A stretch of 64,000 nt of DNA, taken from Candidatus Kerfeldbacteria bacterium (lineage in GTDB: Bacteria; Patescibacteriota; Patescibacteriia; UBA10025; JAHIVO01). Below, piece after piece: positions 1 through 10,122 of the stretch. The notes under the pieces were generated by a model. The model saw only the letters and a program-made list of their open reading frames with translations, was not told the origin of the DNA and did no database searches. Location of the stretch: assembly GCA_047946875.1 (NCBI GenBank), contig CP181398.1, forward strand, positions 463,818 through 527,817. Direction: 5' to 3'. Each line of letters begins with the position of its first letter. Positions within the stretch are counted from its first letter, which is position 1. The position numbers and the translations under genes are program-made.

Positions 1-2
1 AG

Positions 3-137
3 ATTACTGAAAAAATACAGCTATTACTAAATAATTCAGAACTAGCAAATGAGTTAGGATTGGCTGGTAAAAAAAGAGCCCTAGAAAATTTTAACTGGGA
101 TATCGAAATTGAAAAGATAAAAAAGATTATTGATTAA
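3..137 (+). CDS. C-terminal fragment of a GT4-family glycosyltransferase (5' end outside window)
   Basis: Frame 3 reads ITEKIQLLLNNSELANELGLAGKKRALENFNWDIEIEKIKKIID*, the typical terminal helices of GT-B enzymes. Not in the ORF track. Confidence 0.7.
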   Translation: MTEKIQLLLNNSELANELGLAGKKRALENFNWDIEIEKIKKIID

Positions 138-1269
138 TAATTTTATTAATCATTTTAAATCTTTCATTCCAGTCGTGTGGAATGACTGACTTTTGGCGAA
201 TGGATACTTGTTCTTCATTATTCTCATCAAGTGCTTCGCTTATTTTATTACTAAAATCTTTATTTGAATTTGAAATATATAGAACTTTAGAAAATATATC
301 AGTTCCAGATACAGGTGTAGTCACCACTGGTTTACCACTTGCTAAATATTCATACATTTTTTTTGGATTCATTGATTGAATAAACTCATTAGTATAATGG
401 GGGATTAGGCAAACATCATATTGACTAAATAGATATGGTAGTTCTTCGTAATATACAGGACCAATAAATTTAATGTTACTATATTCATTTATAAGTGATT
501 CACTTTTAAACCCACCCCAGACGGGTCCAGCAAAAACAAATTCTTTATCTGGGTTATCTATCAAGCATTGTTTAACAAGTTCAAAGTCAATCCTATCAGG
601 GTTAATTACACCCATATATCCAATTATTGGTTTGTTTGTTTTTTGTATTTTATTATCAATTTTATTTATTATTTCAGCTTTAGTTTCTTTACAAGATTTA
701 TAGTGGTTTATATCAACCCCATTTGGTATTAAATGTACTTTTTTAGAGTTGTTAAATATATTTTCTTTTAGTTTAATATTATTAACAAAGATGTGGTTAA
801 CTTTAGCATTTATTAGATTATAATTACTTTCGAGTTTATTTGTATAGGGTTTAAATGATATATTTTTCCTCCAATCATCAATTGTATAGAATACTTTTAA
901 CCCCTTTTTAACATCTAGAAAAGATATATCTAATGGATTAAAACTCCATAGCTCAATTTCATTTTGATTGATTTTATGAATAATTTTATTTATTCCAGAA
1001 TAACTAACTCCGGCATAATGGAATAGTTTATTATCAATTTTATTGACCTGATAGCTTATTGTAAGCATGTTCAATTGACTTGATAATTTAGCTTTTATGA
1101 AGTACTTGAGCTTGCCGATAAAACCAACTCTGTTAAAATCGATAAAATATATTTTATCTACGTCACTTCTATTTTTTAGCCAATTAAATACATGGGAATT
1201 AGTATTAGTAATACCTTGTTGATACTCGTTATATGTAAACATGGAAAAAACAAAAATTATTTTGTTCAT
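127..1269 (-). CDS. GT-B (GT4/TuaH-like) glycosyltransferase
   Basis: LIPNGVD, IGYMG, NPKKMYEYLASGKPVVTT motifs and terminal HDW helix. Confidence 0.85.
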   Translation of the reverse strand: MNKIIFVFSMFTYNEYQQGITNTNSHVFNWLKNRSDVDKIYFIDFNRVGFIGKLKYFIKAKLSSQLNMLTISYQVNKIDNKLFHYAGVSYSGINKIIHKINQNEIELWSFNPLDISFLDVKKGLKVFYTIDDWRKNISFKPYTNKLESNYNLINAKVNHIFVNNIKLKENIFNNSKKVHLIPNGVDINHYKSCKETKAEIINKIDNKIQKTNKPIIGYMGVINPDRIDFELVKQCLIDNPDKEFVFAGPVWGGFKSESLINEYSNIKFIGPVYYEELPYLFSQYDVCLIPHYTNEFIQSMNPKKMYEYLASGKPVVTTPVSGTDIFSKVLYISNSNKDFSNKISEALDENNEEQVSIRQKSVIPHDWNERFKMINKIINQ

Positions 1270-1271
1270 AT

Positions 1272-2576
1272 TTATTTAATCCCTGTGCCAATGTAATTAA
1301 AACCTAATTGTTTTACTTCTTTGATATTGAGTAGGTTTCTCGTATCTACAATATTTAAACTATTCATTATTTCTTTAGTAGTATTGATATCTAGAGCTTC
1401 AAATTCGTCCCATTCAGTCATTATTACCATACAGTCAGAGTTTTTTAATGCTTCTTTTGCTGATGTAGCATATTTAATATTAAGATTATATTTCTTAAAA
1501 TTATCCATAGAAATAGGGTCATATACGATAATATTTTTATATCCGTCTTTAATTAATTTTTCAATAACAGTTTTTGACTGTGAATCTCTTACATCAGATG
1601 TATTTTTTTTGAATGATAGACCTAATATTGAAATTTTTGGGTTGTTAATATTTTCTACAAATAAATTTACTTTAGCAGCAACATTAAGTCTTTGTCTGTG
1701 ATTTATTTCGGAAACTACTTGTAGAAGTTTATTAGTATATCCAAACCTGTCTGATATTCCAACTATCGACAACACATCTTTTGGGAAACACATGCCTCCA
1801 AAACCTGGTCCGGGATTTAAAAATGCTTTTTTACCAATTCTAGTATCTAGTTTCATTATTTTACTAATATCCAATATGTTAATATTTAGTTTCTCACAAA
1901 TACTAGAAAGACTATTGATATATGAAATTTCTAGGGCTAAAAATGAGTTGCAAGCATATTTTGCAAATTCTGCGGTTTTATTGTCTGTGATCACAATCTT
2001 AGAATTAAAAGAATTAAATAATTTAGTAATTCTATTAATTAATTCTTGTGAAGCATCATCTTCAAAACCAATTACTTGTCGATCTGCATTGAGTGATGTT
2101 TCTACTGCTTTACCTTCTTGTAAAAATTCAGGTATTGAAATGACGTCGAATTTGTCTGAGTAATAATGACGCATAATTTCTCTTATTAATTTGCTCGTTC
2201 CAACAGGGGCAGTACTTTTATTAATAATTATTTTATATTCTGACATTAATTTACTAATTTCTTTAGATACTTCTCTTATGAATTTTAGGTCGGCATTACC
2301 ATCTTTTTTTGGTGGAGTAGGTAAACATAAAATTACAACATCGCTATTATCTATAGCATATTTTTTGTCAGTAGTTACTTCTACTAGATTTTTTGAAATA
2401 CCTTCAGTTAATAATTCTGCTAATCCTTCTTCGTGGATTGGCAATTTTCCGATCATTAAATTATCAAGCATTTGTTGATCAATATCATTGAATATCACTT
2501 TATTTCCAAATTTAACAAAACATGCTCCTGTAACTAAGCCAACATACCCTGAACCAATAATTGAAATTTTTTCCAT
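1272..2576 (-). CDS. ugd: UDP-glucose/GDP-mannose dehydrogenase family protein
   Basis: GSGYVG Rossmann motif, CLPTP, PEFLQEG, GFGGMCFPKD catalytic Cys. Start moved to the ATG at 2576 (MEKISIIG) because the longer start overlaps the upstream gene. Confidence 0.9.
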   Translation of the reverse strand: MEKISIIGSGYVGLVTGACFVKFGNKVIFNDIDQQMLDNLMIGKLPIHEEGLAELLTEGISKNLVEVTTDKKYAIDNSDVVILCLPTPPKKDGNADLKFIREVSKEISKLMSEYKIIINKSTAPVGTSKLIREIMRHYYSDKFDVISIPEFLQEGKAVETSLNADRQVIGFEDDASQELINRITKLFNSFNSKIVITDNKTAEFAKYACNSFLALEISYINSLSSICEKLNINILDISKIMKLDTRIGKKAFLNPGPGFGGMCFPKDVLSIVGISDRFGYTNKLLQVVSEINHRQRLNVAAKVNLFVENINNPKISILGLSFKKNTSDVRDSQSKTVIEKLIKDGYKNIIVYDPISMDNFKKYNLNIKYATSAKEALKNSDCMVIMTEWDEFEALDINTTKEIMNSLNIVDTRNLLNIKEVKQLGFNYIGTGIK

Positions 2577-2577
2577 A

Positions 2578-3258
2578 TTATTTTTTTGTTTTAATAATAC
2601 TAAACATTTCTTCAACTAATTCTTTCCAATTGTAATCTGCAATTTTTTCTTTATTTGGATCAGTAATCCAATATGAATTATTATGCCCCATAAATATTTC
2701 CAATAAGTCATCTGAGGCGGTAAAAATAAAATCAGCTTTATCAGAAATTTCATTATAATTTTTTCTTAATACATCAATATAATCGATAGTTGATTTTTTT
2801 TTCAATGTTTTATATTTCTGCCAATCTTTATCTAGATATATTACTGAAGTTTTATTTTTAAAATAATCAAAATAGTCAACGTTTAAAGGATAGTGAGACC
2901 AAAGGATTAAATTATTAAATGCCAGTGTTTTAACTAAATTTGCTAAATCTTTGTATAACGATTTCCAATTAATTATTGAAAGTATGGTTGAATAATGATA
3001 TAACTTGTCTTTTTGTATTTCTTCACAGTAGCTAAATACACCTCTTTTAATTAAAGGTTTGAATTGTTTTATAAAAATTGTGAATATCTCCTTTAATGCT
3101 TGAATTCTTTTAACTGGCAATATATCAATAAATAAAATTTTACCAATATCATCTCTTTTTAAAAGTTCATGGATTATATAATAACCGTTACTATTATCTT
3201 TACTGATATTCAAATTGCTAAATTTATTCGTACCGAAAATTACTATATCGTATTTCAT
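2578..3258 (-). CDS. Glycosyltransferase-like protein with only the N-terminal GT-B domain plus terminal helix
   Basis: Aligns by eye to the N-half of 127..1269 (KILFID, LWS, DW, NYNEISDKADFIF) and then jumps to a YNW terminal helix. Confidence 0.55.
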   Translation of the reverse strand: MKYDIVIFGTNKFSNLNISKDNSNGYYIIHELLKRDDIGKILFIDILPVKRIQALKEIFTIFIKQFKPLIKRGVFSYCEEIQKDKLYHYSTILSIINWKSLYKDLANLVKTLAFNNLILWSHYPLNVDYFDYFKNKTSVIYLDKDWQKYKTLKKKSTIDYIDVLRKNYNEISDKADFIFTASDDLLEIFMGHNNSYWITDPNKEKIADYNWKELVEEMFSIIKTKK

Positions 3259-3419
3259 ATATCTATAATATTTAAGAATGTGAAGTTAGGTTATCAAAAA
3301 ATATGTTTTTTAGCAATCCCTTTAGTTTCACTATTAGTTTTATAGTCTAAAGTTAGCCTATTTGCAAACTTTAAATTTTGTTGTAGTATTTTTATGTAGT
3401 CCCATTTTATATAATACAT

Positions 3420-3860
3420 ATGAAAATACGTAAATACAGCCAAAATGAGCATGATCAGGTCATTTTTGCATCCTTAAAAACATATGAGAAGTACTGGAAA
3501 AAGGGATATATTGTGAGTATAAATCCAGGTAATAAACTCTGCCATGATGTTGGTGGTGGTCATTTCCCAGATTTAGTAGTTTGGAAACCAAATGGCAATA
3601 TAGATGGAACATTTAACACAAATAATACTATAATAATTGAGGAAGTAGAAACTAACGAAACGATAAATGATGTTAAAGCGAAGCAATGGGAATATTATGC
3701 TAAAACTGGAGCTACTTTTTTTCTTATTGTACCGAGAGATTGCTATGAAAAAACAATAAAAATTGTACAGGGGAAGGGAATTAACGTAACTATGATTCAA
3801 TACTATTTTTTTGATGCAAAAGGTAATGTAAAATTTTCAAGTGAATTTGAAAACGTATAA
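3420..3860 (+). CDS. Hypothetical protein with restriction-endonuclease-like (PD-(D/E)xK) fold
   Basis: FPDLVV...IIEEVET...QW..Y...FFLIVP pattern. Confidence 0.5.
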   Translation: MKIRKYSQNEHDQVIFASLKTYEKYWKKGYIVSINPGNKLCHDVGGGHFPDLVVWKPNGNIDGTFNTNNTIIIEEVETNETINDVKAKQWEYYAKTGATFFLIVPRDCYEKTIKIVQGKGINVTMIQYYFFDAKGNVKFSSEFENV

Positions 3861-3906
3861 ACTAACTGTTGCAAAAAGTCAGTAAAATTTGTAGAATGGA
3901 TATTAT

Positions 3907-4776
3907 ATGGATGTATCAATTGTAATTGTTTCATGGCAAGTCAAAGAACAGCTTAAGAATTGTTTGACTTCGATATATAAAGAAACTAAAAACCTCGAAT
4001 TTGAGGTTTTTGTGATAGATAATAATTCTAGTGATAGTACTGTTGAAATGGTCTTGAATAATTTCAGTAAAGTCCATTTAATTGCAAATAAAAGCAATTT
4101 AGGATTTGCTAAAGCTTGTAATCAGGGTATTCAAAGATCTAAAGGTAAAAAAGTATTAATATTAAACCCTGATACAGAAATAAGAGATAATGCAGTTAAA
4201 AAAATATATAATTTTATGTCTAACAATCCTGACTGTGGTATTGCCGGATGTAAAATTAAAAATGAGGATGGAAGTGTTCAACCATCTGTTCGTAGATTTC
4301 CAGATATATTATCTCATATTCTTATACTACTAAAACTTCATAATTTCTTCCCTTCATTTAAACCACTTGGAAAATATCATTTTAATGACTTTGACTACAA
4401 TACTACTCAGATTGTAGATCAAGTTATGGGAGCTTTTTATATGTTAAATAGAGATATGTTAAAAAAAGTTGGAATCTTTGATGAACATTTTTATATATGG
4501 TATGAAGAAGTAGACTTGTGTAAAAGGGCAATTGAAAAAGGTTGGAAGACTTACTATATTCATGAAGCAACGGTAATGCATTTAAAAGGAGTAAGTTTTG
4601 GAAAAGCAAATGTTATTAAGAAACAAATAATATTTAACAGAAGTTTGTTGTATTATTTTTTTAAACATAAAAATATTGTAAGTTATTTTATTTTATTAAT
4701 TATATATCCTATCAGTATTTCATTATCATTTTTAGTACAAATAGTTGGGTATAAAAAAATAAGGAAAGACATCTAA
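3907..4776 (+). CDS. GT2 glycosyltransferase (WbbL-like)
   Basis: SIVIVSW, IDNNSSD, NLGFAKACNQG, LNPD, FDEHFYIWYEEVDLC. Confidence 0.9.
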   Translation: MDVSIVIVSWQVKEQLKNCLTSIYKETKNLEFEVFVIDNNSSDSTVEMVLNNFSKVHLIANKSNLGFAKACNQGIQRSKGKKVLILNPDTEIRDNAVKKIYNFMSNNPDCGIAGCKIKNEDGSVQPSVRRFPDILSHILILLKLHNFFPSFKPLGKYHFNDFDYNTTQIVDQVMGAFYMLNRDMLKKVGIFDEHFYIWYEEVDLCKRAIEKGWKTYYIHEATVMHLKGVSFGKANVIKKQIIFNRSLLYYFFKHKNIVSYFILLIIYPISISLSFLVQIVGYKKIRKDI

Positions 4777-6281
4777 TGCAAAATATATCATTTTTTGGAC
4801 AATACTTTAAAGTTACTTTTTGGATAATAGTTATATTCGAAATATTGTCTTTTTTAGGACATAATTTTAATATTGTAAATAGTATTATTTTTGGATTGTT
4901 AGTATTAACAACGTTAGTAATTACTATTTGGAAAGTTGAATTTGGATTTTGGATAGTCGCTGTCGAATTATTTATTGGATCTTTAGGATATTTATTTTTT
5001 ATAGATTTTGATGAATTTAGAATATCAATAAGGTTGGGGTTATTCTTAGCTGTGATGTTAGGTTGGTTAATAAATACAATTAGAACCAAAAAATTTGAAT
5101 TTTATAAATCGTACTATTGGAAACCATTGTTACTTTTAAGTGTTTTTCTTTTATTGGGATTAATTTTTGGGCTTAGAAATGGTAATGATCTAAAAGATAT
5201 TTTCTTTGATTTTAATGCATATTTATACTTTGGTTTAATATTTGTAGCATTTTCTGTAATTAAATCAAAAGAAAGAGTTAATAATCTTATACAAATATTA
5301 GTTGCATCAATTTCTGCATTATTTTTGAAAACTATATTTATATTATTTTATTTTTCTCATGTTTTCAATGAGAATTTGATAAGTATGGTTTATCGATGGA
5401 TTAGAGACACTAGAGTAGGGGAGATTTCTCCAATAGTAAGTAATTTCTATCGAGTCTTCTTCCAAGGGCATATTTGGGCTTTGTTTTTATTTGTAATTTT
5501 TTTATTAATTATTATTTTGTTGAATAAAGATCAAATTGGTAAAAGAAATTACATTTTTTCTTGGATAATTATGATTATTTCAAGTTTGATGATAATAATT
5601 AGTTTTTCTCGAAGTTTTTGGTTAGCACTATCAATAAATATCATATTAATTTTTTGGTATTTAATAAAAAAAGAAAAAATAAAGATTAAACAGGTTATAA
5701 AGATTCTTGTAATTTCATTATTAGTTTTAATTATTGAATTAGGTTTTATAACTGGACTCGTAAATATAAAATTACCTAACTTTGGAAATGATTCATCTGT
5801 ATCGATAGCTTCATTAATTAGAGATAGAATTTCGGATACTGATGAAGCTGCATTTGCAAGTAGATATGAATTGCTTAAACCGCTAACTTATAAATATTTA
5901 GAAAATCCATTTATTGGTTCTGGGTTTGGTACTACAGTGACATATGAAACAAAAGATCCAAGGAGTAAGGGTAACTATACTACTTATGCATTTGAATGGG
6001 GATATCTTGATATTCTAACTAAAATCGGTTTATTTGGATTCCTTGCTTATTTATTTTTTATATATAAAATATTTAAACAAGGGATTAACTTATTAAAAAT
6101 ATCTAGTAATAGAAATGAGTATGTCCTAATCCTCGGTTTACTATTTTCTTTGTGTATTTTATTATTAGTTCATATGACAACACCTTATTTGAATCATCCA
6201 TTAGGCATATTCCTATTGATAATTATTTCATCAATATTTTATAGTAAAACTACTCAACAATCTGTTAAACTTGAAGCTTGA
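4776..6281 (+). CDS. O-antigen ligase/polymerase-like polytopic membrane protein
   Basis: Many TM segments, SFSRSFW motif, periplasmic loop with NPFIGSGFG; lies within a glycan locus. Confidence 0.75.
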   Translation: MQNISFFGQYFKVTFWIIVIFEILSFLGHNFNIVNSIIFGLLVLTTLVITIWKVEFGFWIVAVELFIGSLGYLFFIDFDEFRISIRLGLFLAVMLGWLINTIRTKKFEFYKSYYWKPLLLLSVFLLLGLIFGLRNGNDLKDIFFDFNAYLYFGLIFVAFSVIKSKERVNNLIQILVASISALFLKTIFILFYFSHVFNENLISMVYRWIRDTRVGEISPIVSNFYRVFFQGHIWALFLFVIFLLIIILLNKDQIGKRNYIFSWIIMIISSLMIIISFSRSFWLALSINIILIFWYLIKKEKIKIKQVIKILVISLLVLIIELGFITGLVNIKLPNFGNDSSVSIASLIRDRISDTDEAAFASRYELLKPLTYKYLENPFIGSGFGTTVTYETKDPRSKGNYTTYAFEWGYLDILTKIGLFGFLAYLFFIYKIFKQGINLLKISSNRNEYVLILGLLFSLCILLLVHMTTPYLNHPLGIFLLIIISSIFYSKTTQQSVKLEA

Positions 6282-6342
6282 AAATATTGGCTAAATCTGG
6301 TAGAATTCGTTTACAAATTAGATACTAATATTTATATTTCTG

Positions 6343-7182
6343 ATGCTAGATTTATCAATTGTAATAGTAAATTATAATAATAGGGGGTTACTTAGACAAT
6401 GTCTGAAGTCTGTTTTTATAAATTTAAAAGATAGTAATTGTACCTATAAAATTGTCATGGTGGACAATAATTCTAGTGATGGTAGCGTACCTTTAGTTAG
6501 AGATGAATATCCCTCAGTAAGATTAATTCCTTTAGAAAATAATCTAGGATATGCCAAAGGAGTTAATATCGGCATCAAGTCATTAGAATCAAAATATTAC
6601 TTGGTTTTAAACATGGATACTACTATTGTTCAAGAGCATGCAATTGAAGATATGATCAAGTTTATGGATGATAAAAATAATTCAAATGTTGGATTAGCAG
6701 GTCCAAAACTTATTAATCCCAATGGCACAACTCAAGTGTCTTGCTGCATATTTCCGAAATTTATGTATCCTATATACAGAAGAACATTTCTAAGAAAAAT
6801 GCCATTCCCAAAAAAAGCTATACATAAGTACCTTATGTTTGATTGGGACCACAATGATAGCAGAGAGGTTGATTGGGTAATTGGGACAGGGATGATTGTT
6901 CGGAATAATGCCATAAAACAAGTAGGCTTGATGGATGAAAGATTTTTTATGTATTTTGAAGATGTTGATTGGTGTAGAAGATTTTGGGAGAATGATTGGA
7001 AAGTTAAGTATATGCATAATATTCAAATTGTTCATTATCATAGTAGGGGGTCAGCAACTAAAAGAGGATTGCCAAGTATCTTTATGAATAAATTAACCAG
7101 GGTTCATATAAGTTCTTGGATAAAATATTTTATGAAGTATTTAGGTAAGGAAAAACCAAATGTCAAACAAAAAAATAAATAA
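6343..7182 (+). CDS. GT2 glycosyltransferase
   Basis: SIVIVNYN, VDNNSSDG, MDERFFMYFEDVDWC. Confidence 0.9.
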   Translation: MLDLSIVIVNYNNRGLLRQCLKSVFINLKDSNCTYKIVMVDNNSSDGSVPLVRDEYPSVRLIPLENNLGYAKGVNIGIKSLESKYYLVLNMDTTIVQEHAIEDMIKFMDDKNNSNVGLAGPKLINPNGTTQVSCCIFPKFMYPIYRRTFLRKMPFPKKAIHKYLMFDWDHNDSREVDWVIGTGMIVRNNAIKQVGLMDERFFMYFEDVDWCRRFWENDWKVKYMHNIQIVHYHSRGSATKRGLPSIFMNKLTRVHISSWIKYFMKYLGKEKPNVKQKNK

Positions 7183-9112
7183 TTTTTTACACCCAAAAAG
7201 TAAAAAAAAATCAAAGTATAGAAAATATAAGAAAATAATAGTTCCTATTACAATTGTATTGGGTATTATTATATTTCTCAGCTTAATATTATATTTAGTA
7301 TATAAAGATACGGCGACTAATATATATCGCAATAGCTTAGATGGAAAAAATAATTTTTATCTTGCTCAAGAGAAGATTATTGAACAAGACTTTGATACAG
7401 CAAGTTATGCCCTTAGAGATGCTACAAACAACTTTAAAGAAGCGCATAGTGAGTTTGAAAAAGTACAGTGGTTAAAAATAATACCTTGGGTTGGAATTCA
7501 AGTAAATGCAATTGATAATTTGTTATTAGCTGGAATTTCAACAGGAGAGTCACTTAATGTCATAAGTGATACGGCCAGAGATATTATTACTCCTTTGCAG
7601 AAAAATGATGATATAAGTTTAAGTACTTTATCAGAATCAGAAACTAAAGAATTAATGAAGAGTATTTATGATTCTAAAGAAAATTTGGAAACTGCAAAAA
7701 AATCAATTGATATAGCAGTAGATTATCTTGAAAATATTTCTAAAAAAGGACTACTAGGTAAAATAAAAGAAGTAACTACTCCATTACAAGAAAATGTACC
7801 AGCATTACAAAATAGTATAGATGTGGCAATTTCTGCTAGTCAAATATTACCATCGATTGGTGGATATCCAGAAAAAAAGACATATTTATTTCTTTTACAA
7901 AATAATACAGAGTTACGACCTACGGGTGGGTTTATAGGTACGTATGGAATATTAAAAGTAATCAATGGGGATATAGATTATTTTAAAACTGAAAATGTTT
8001 ATAATCTTGATGAACCTGCAAAAGATTGGGTATATATTGAACCACCATGGCCACTAACTAGATATAATGCTGTATATAATTGGTATTTACGTGATTCAAA
8101 TTGGTCTCCTGATTTTCCAACAGCTGCAAAAAAAGCAGAAGAATTTTATCATTTAGAACGTGGACCAGAAAAAGATATAGATGGTGTAATTGCTGTTACT
8201 CCTACATTTATACAATCACTTTTAAAACTAACTGGAGAGATAACTATTAATGGACTCACTTTCACTGAAGAAAATTTTATTGATACTTTACAATACCAAG
8301 TTGATAAAGGGTTTTTAAGTATAGGATTAGAAGAAAGTGAAAGAAAAGAAATTATTGGATTATTATCAAAAGAGATTTTGGATAGAGTATTAGAATTACC
8401 TAAAAGTCAATGGCCAGATTTCTGGAAAGTTTTTGAAAAAGATATAACTGAAAAACAAATATTGATTTATGTTAAAGATGGTTATGTACAGGATTTTATT
8501 GAGAAAGAAAATTGGGGAGGAACTATAAAAGAAGTGGAACATGATTATTTATCAGTTATTGACGCTAATCTTGCAAGTCTTAAAAGTGATCCTGGTATAA
8601 AGAGAACTATCTCTTATACTGTAAATAGGGATGGAGATAATTTTATTGCTGATTTGAATATAAATTATAAAAATGAAGGAACTATAACATGGAAAACAAC
8701 AAGGTATAGAACCTATACAAGAGTATATGTCCCTGAGGGATCAAATTTATTAAAGTCGTCTGGCAGTATGATTGATTGTAAGATTGATGGTGAGAATGAC
8801 ATTTCTACAGAAGTTGAATTAGGTAAAACTGTATTTGGAGCATTTATTTGCATAGAGCCGGGTGAGGAAGGAAATTTGTCATATAAATATATTCTACCTG
8901 AAAATATTTCTGATAATTTTAAAGATGATCATTATAGTTTATTAGTACAGAAACAACCAGGAGCAGCAGGACACGTCTTGAATATAGAGTTAAAATTAAA
9001 GAAGAAACCAAATATTGCTATAAGTGATAAAGACATTGACATTGTACCGTCGAATGATATAGTAATAAATTCATTATTATCACAGGATCGATTAATTAAA
9101 CTTGAGTATTAA
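7160..9112 (+). CDS. DUF4012-domain membrane-anchored protein
   Basis: N-terminal TM, helical stalk, LLQNNTELRPTGGFIG and RDSNWSPDFP motifs. Confidence 0.8.
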   Translation: MSNKKINNFLHPKSKKKSKYRKYKKIIVPITIVLGIIIFLSLILYLVYKDTATNIYRNSLDGKNNFYLAQEKIIEQDFDTASYALRDATNNFKEAHSEFEKVQWLKIIPWVGIQVNAIDNLLLAGISTGESLNVISDTARDIITPLQKNDDISLSTLSESETKELMKSIYDSKENLETAKKSIDIAVDYLENISKKGLLGKIKEVTTPLQENVPALQNSIDVAISASQILPSIGGYPEKKTYLFLLQNNTELRPTGGFIGTYGILKVINGDIDYFKTENVYNLDEPAKDWVYIEPPWPLTRYNAVYNWYLRDSNWSPDFPTAAKKAEEFYHLERGPEKDIDGVIAVTPTFIQSLLKLTGEITINGLTFTEENFIDTLQYQVDKGFLSIGLEESERKEIIGLLSKEILDRVLELPKSQWPDFWKVFEKDITEKQILIYVKDGYVQDFIEKENWGGTIKEVEHDYLSVIDANLASLKSDPGIKRTISYTVNRDGDNFIADLNINYKNEGTITWKTTRYRTYTRVYVPEGSNLLKSSGSMIDCKIDGENDISTEVELGKTVFGAFICIEPGEEGNLSYKYILPENISDNFKDDHYSLLVQKQPGAAGHVLNIELKLKKKPNIAISDKDIDIVPSNDIVINSLLSQDRLIKLEY

Positions 9113-9114
9113 AT

Positions 9115-10122
9115 ATGTTTTCAAATAGAATCGCAATTGATTTAGGGACAACTTATTCTATAGTTCATATTCCAGGAAGAGGAATAGTAGTTAATGAACC
9201 GTCAGTAGTAGCAATTTCTTTGGTTGATAAAAAGGTAATGGCTGTTGGTAATGAGGCTAAAGATATGATTGGACGAACACCTAATACTATAGTTGCTTCA
9301 AGACCACTTAAAGATGGTGTTATTGCTGATTATAAGACTACTGAAGCGATGATAAAATACTTTATTAACAAAGCTTTAGGGGGTGTTAGGTTTTTCCGAC
9401 CTGAAGTTATGATCGCTGTACCCGCTGGAATAACCTCTACTGAGAGACGTGCTGTAATTGAAGCAACTCTTCAAGCTGGGGCAAAAGCCGCATATATCAT
9501 TAAAGAGCCCATAGCAGCCGCTATTGGGGCAAATATACCCATTGGATCAGCATCTGGACACATGATTGTTGATATTGGAGGCGGTACTAGTGAAATAGCT
9601 GTTATGTCATTAGGTGGCATAGTTGCAAATTCTTCAGTCAGAATCGGAGGAAATAAGTTTGATTATGCTATACAAGAATTTGTTAGAAAAAAATATAACT
9701 TAGCTATTGGGGAAAGAACAGCAGAAGAACTGAAAATCCAAATGGGATCAGCAGTCCCTGTTGAAGAAAAAATGTATATGGAAATTAAGGGAAGGGATTC
9801 AATTCAAGGTTTACCAAAAACTGTAACTGTTGAAAATAACGATATCCCTGAAGCAATTCAAGATGAGTTAGCTGGTATTATACAAGCAATTAAATCTGTA
9901 TTACAAGACACTCCTCCAGAGTTATCTGCAGATATAATGGATAAAGGTATGGTTTTATCCGGGGGTAGTTCATTGTTAAAAAACTTAGACATTCTTCTGT
10001 CAGAAGCAATTGGGGTACCTGCTTATGTTGCAGATGAAGCACAGCTATGTGTAGCAAAGGGTACAGGAATAGCACTAGAAAATTTAGAATCTTATAAAAA
10101 GAGTATTCTTTCTTCAAAATAA
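9115..10122 (+). CDS. mreB: Rod shape-determining protein, MreB/Mbl paralog
   Basis: IDLGT, EPSVVA, RPLKDGVIAD, VDIGGGTSE actin-like motifs. Confidence 0.9.
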   Translation: MFSNRIAIDLGTTYSIVHIPGRGIVVNEPSVVAISLVDKKVMAVGNEAKDMIGRTPNTIVASRPLKDGVIADYKTTEAMIKYFINKALGGVRFFRPEVMIAVPAGITSTERRAVIEATLQAGAKAAYIIKEPIAAAIGANIPIGSASGHMIVDIGGGTSEIAVMSLGGIVANSSVRIGGNKFDYAIQEFVRKKYNLAIGERTAEELKIQMGSAVPVEEKMYMEIKGRDSIQGLPKTVTVENNDIPEAIQDELAGIIQAIKSVLQDTPPELSADIMDKGMVLSGGSSLLKNLDILLSEAIGVPAYVADEAQLCVAKGTGIALENLESYKKSILSSK

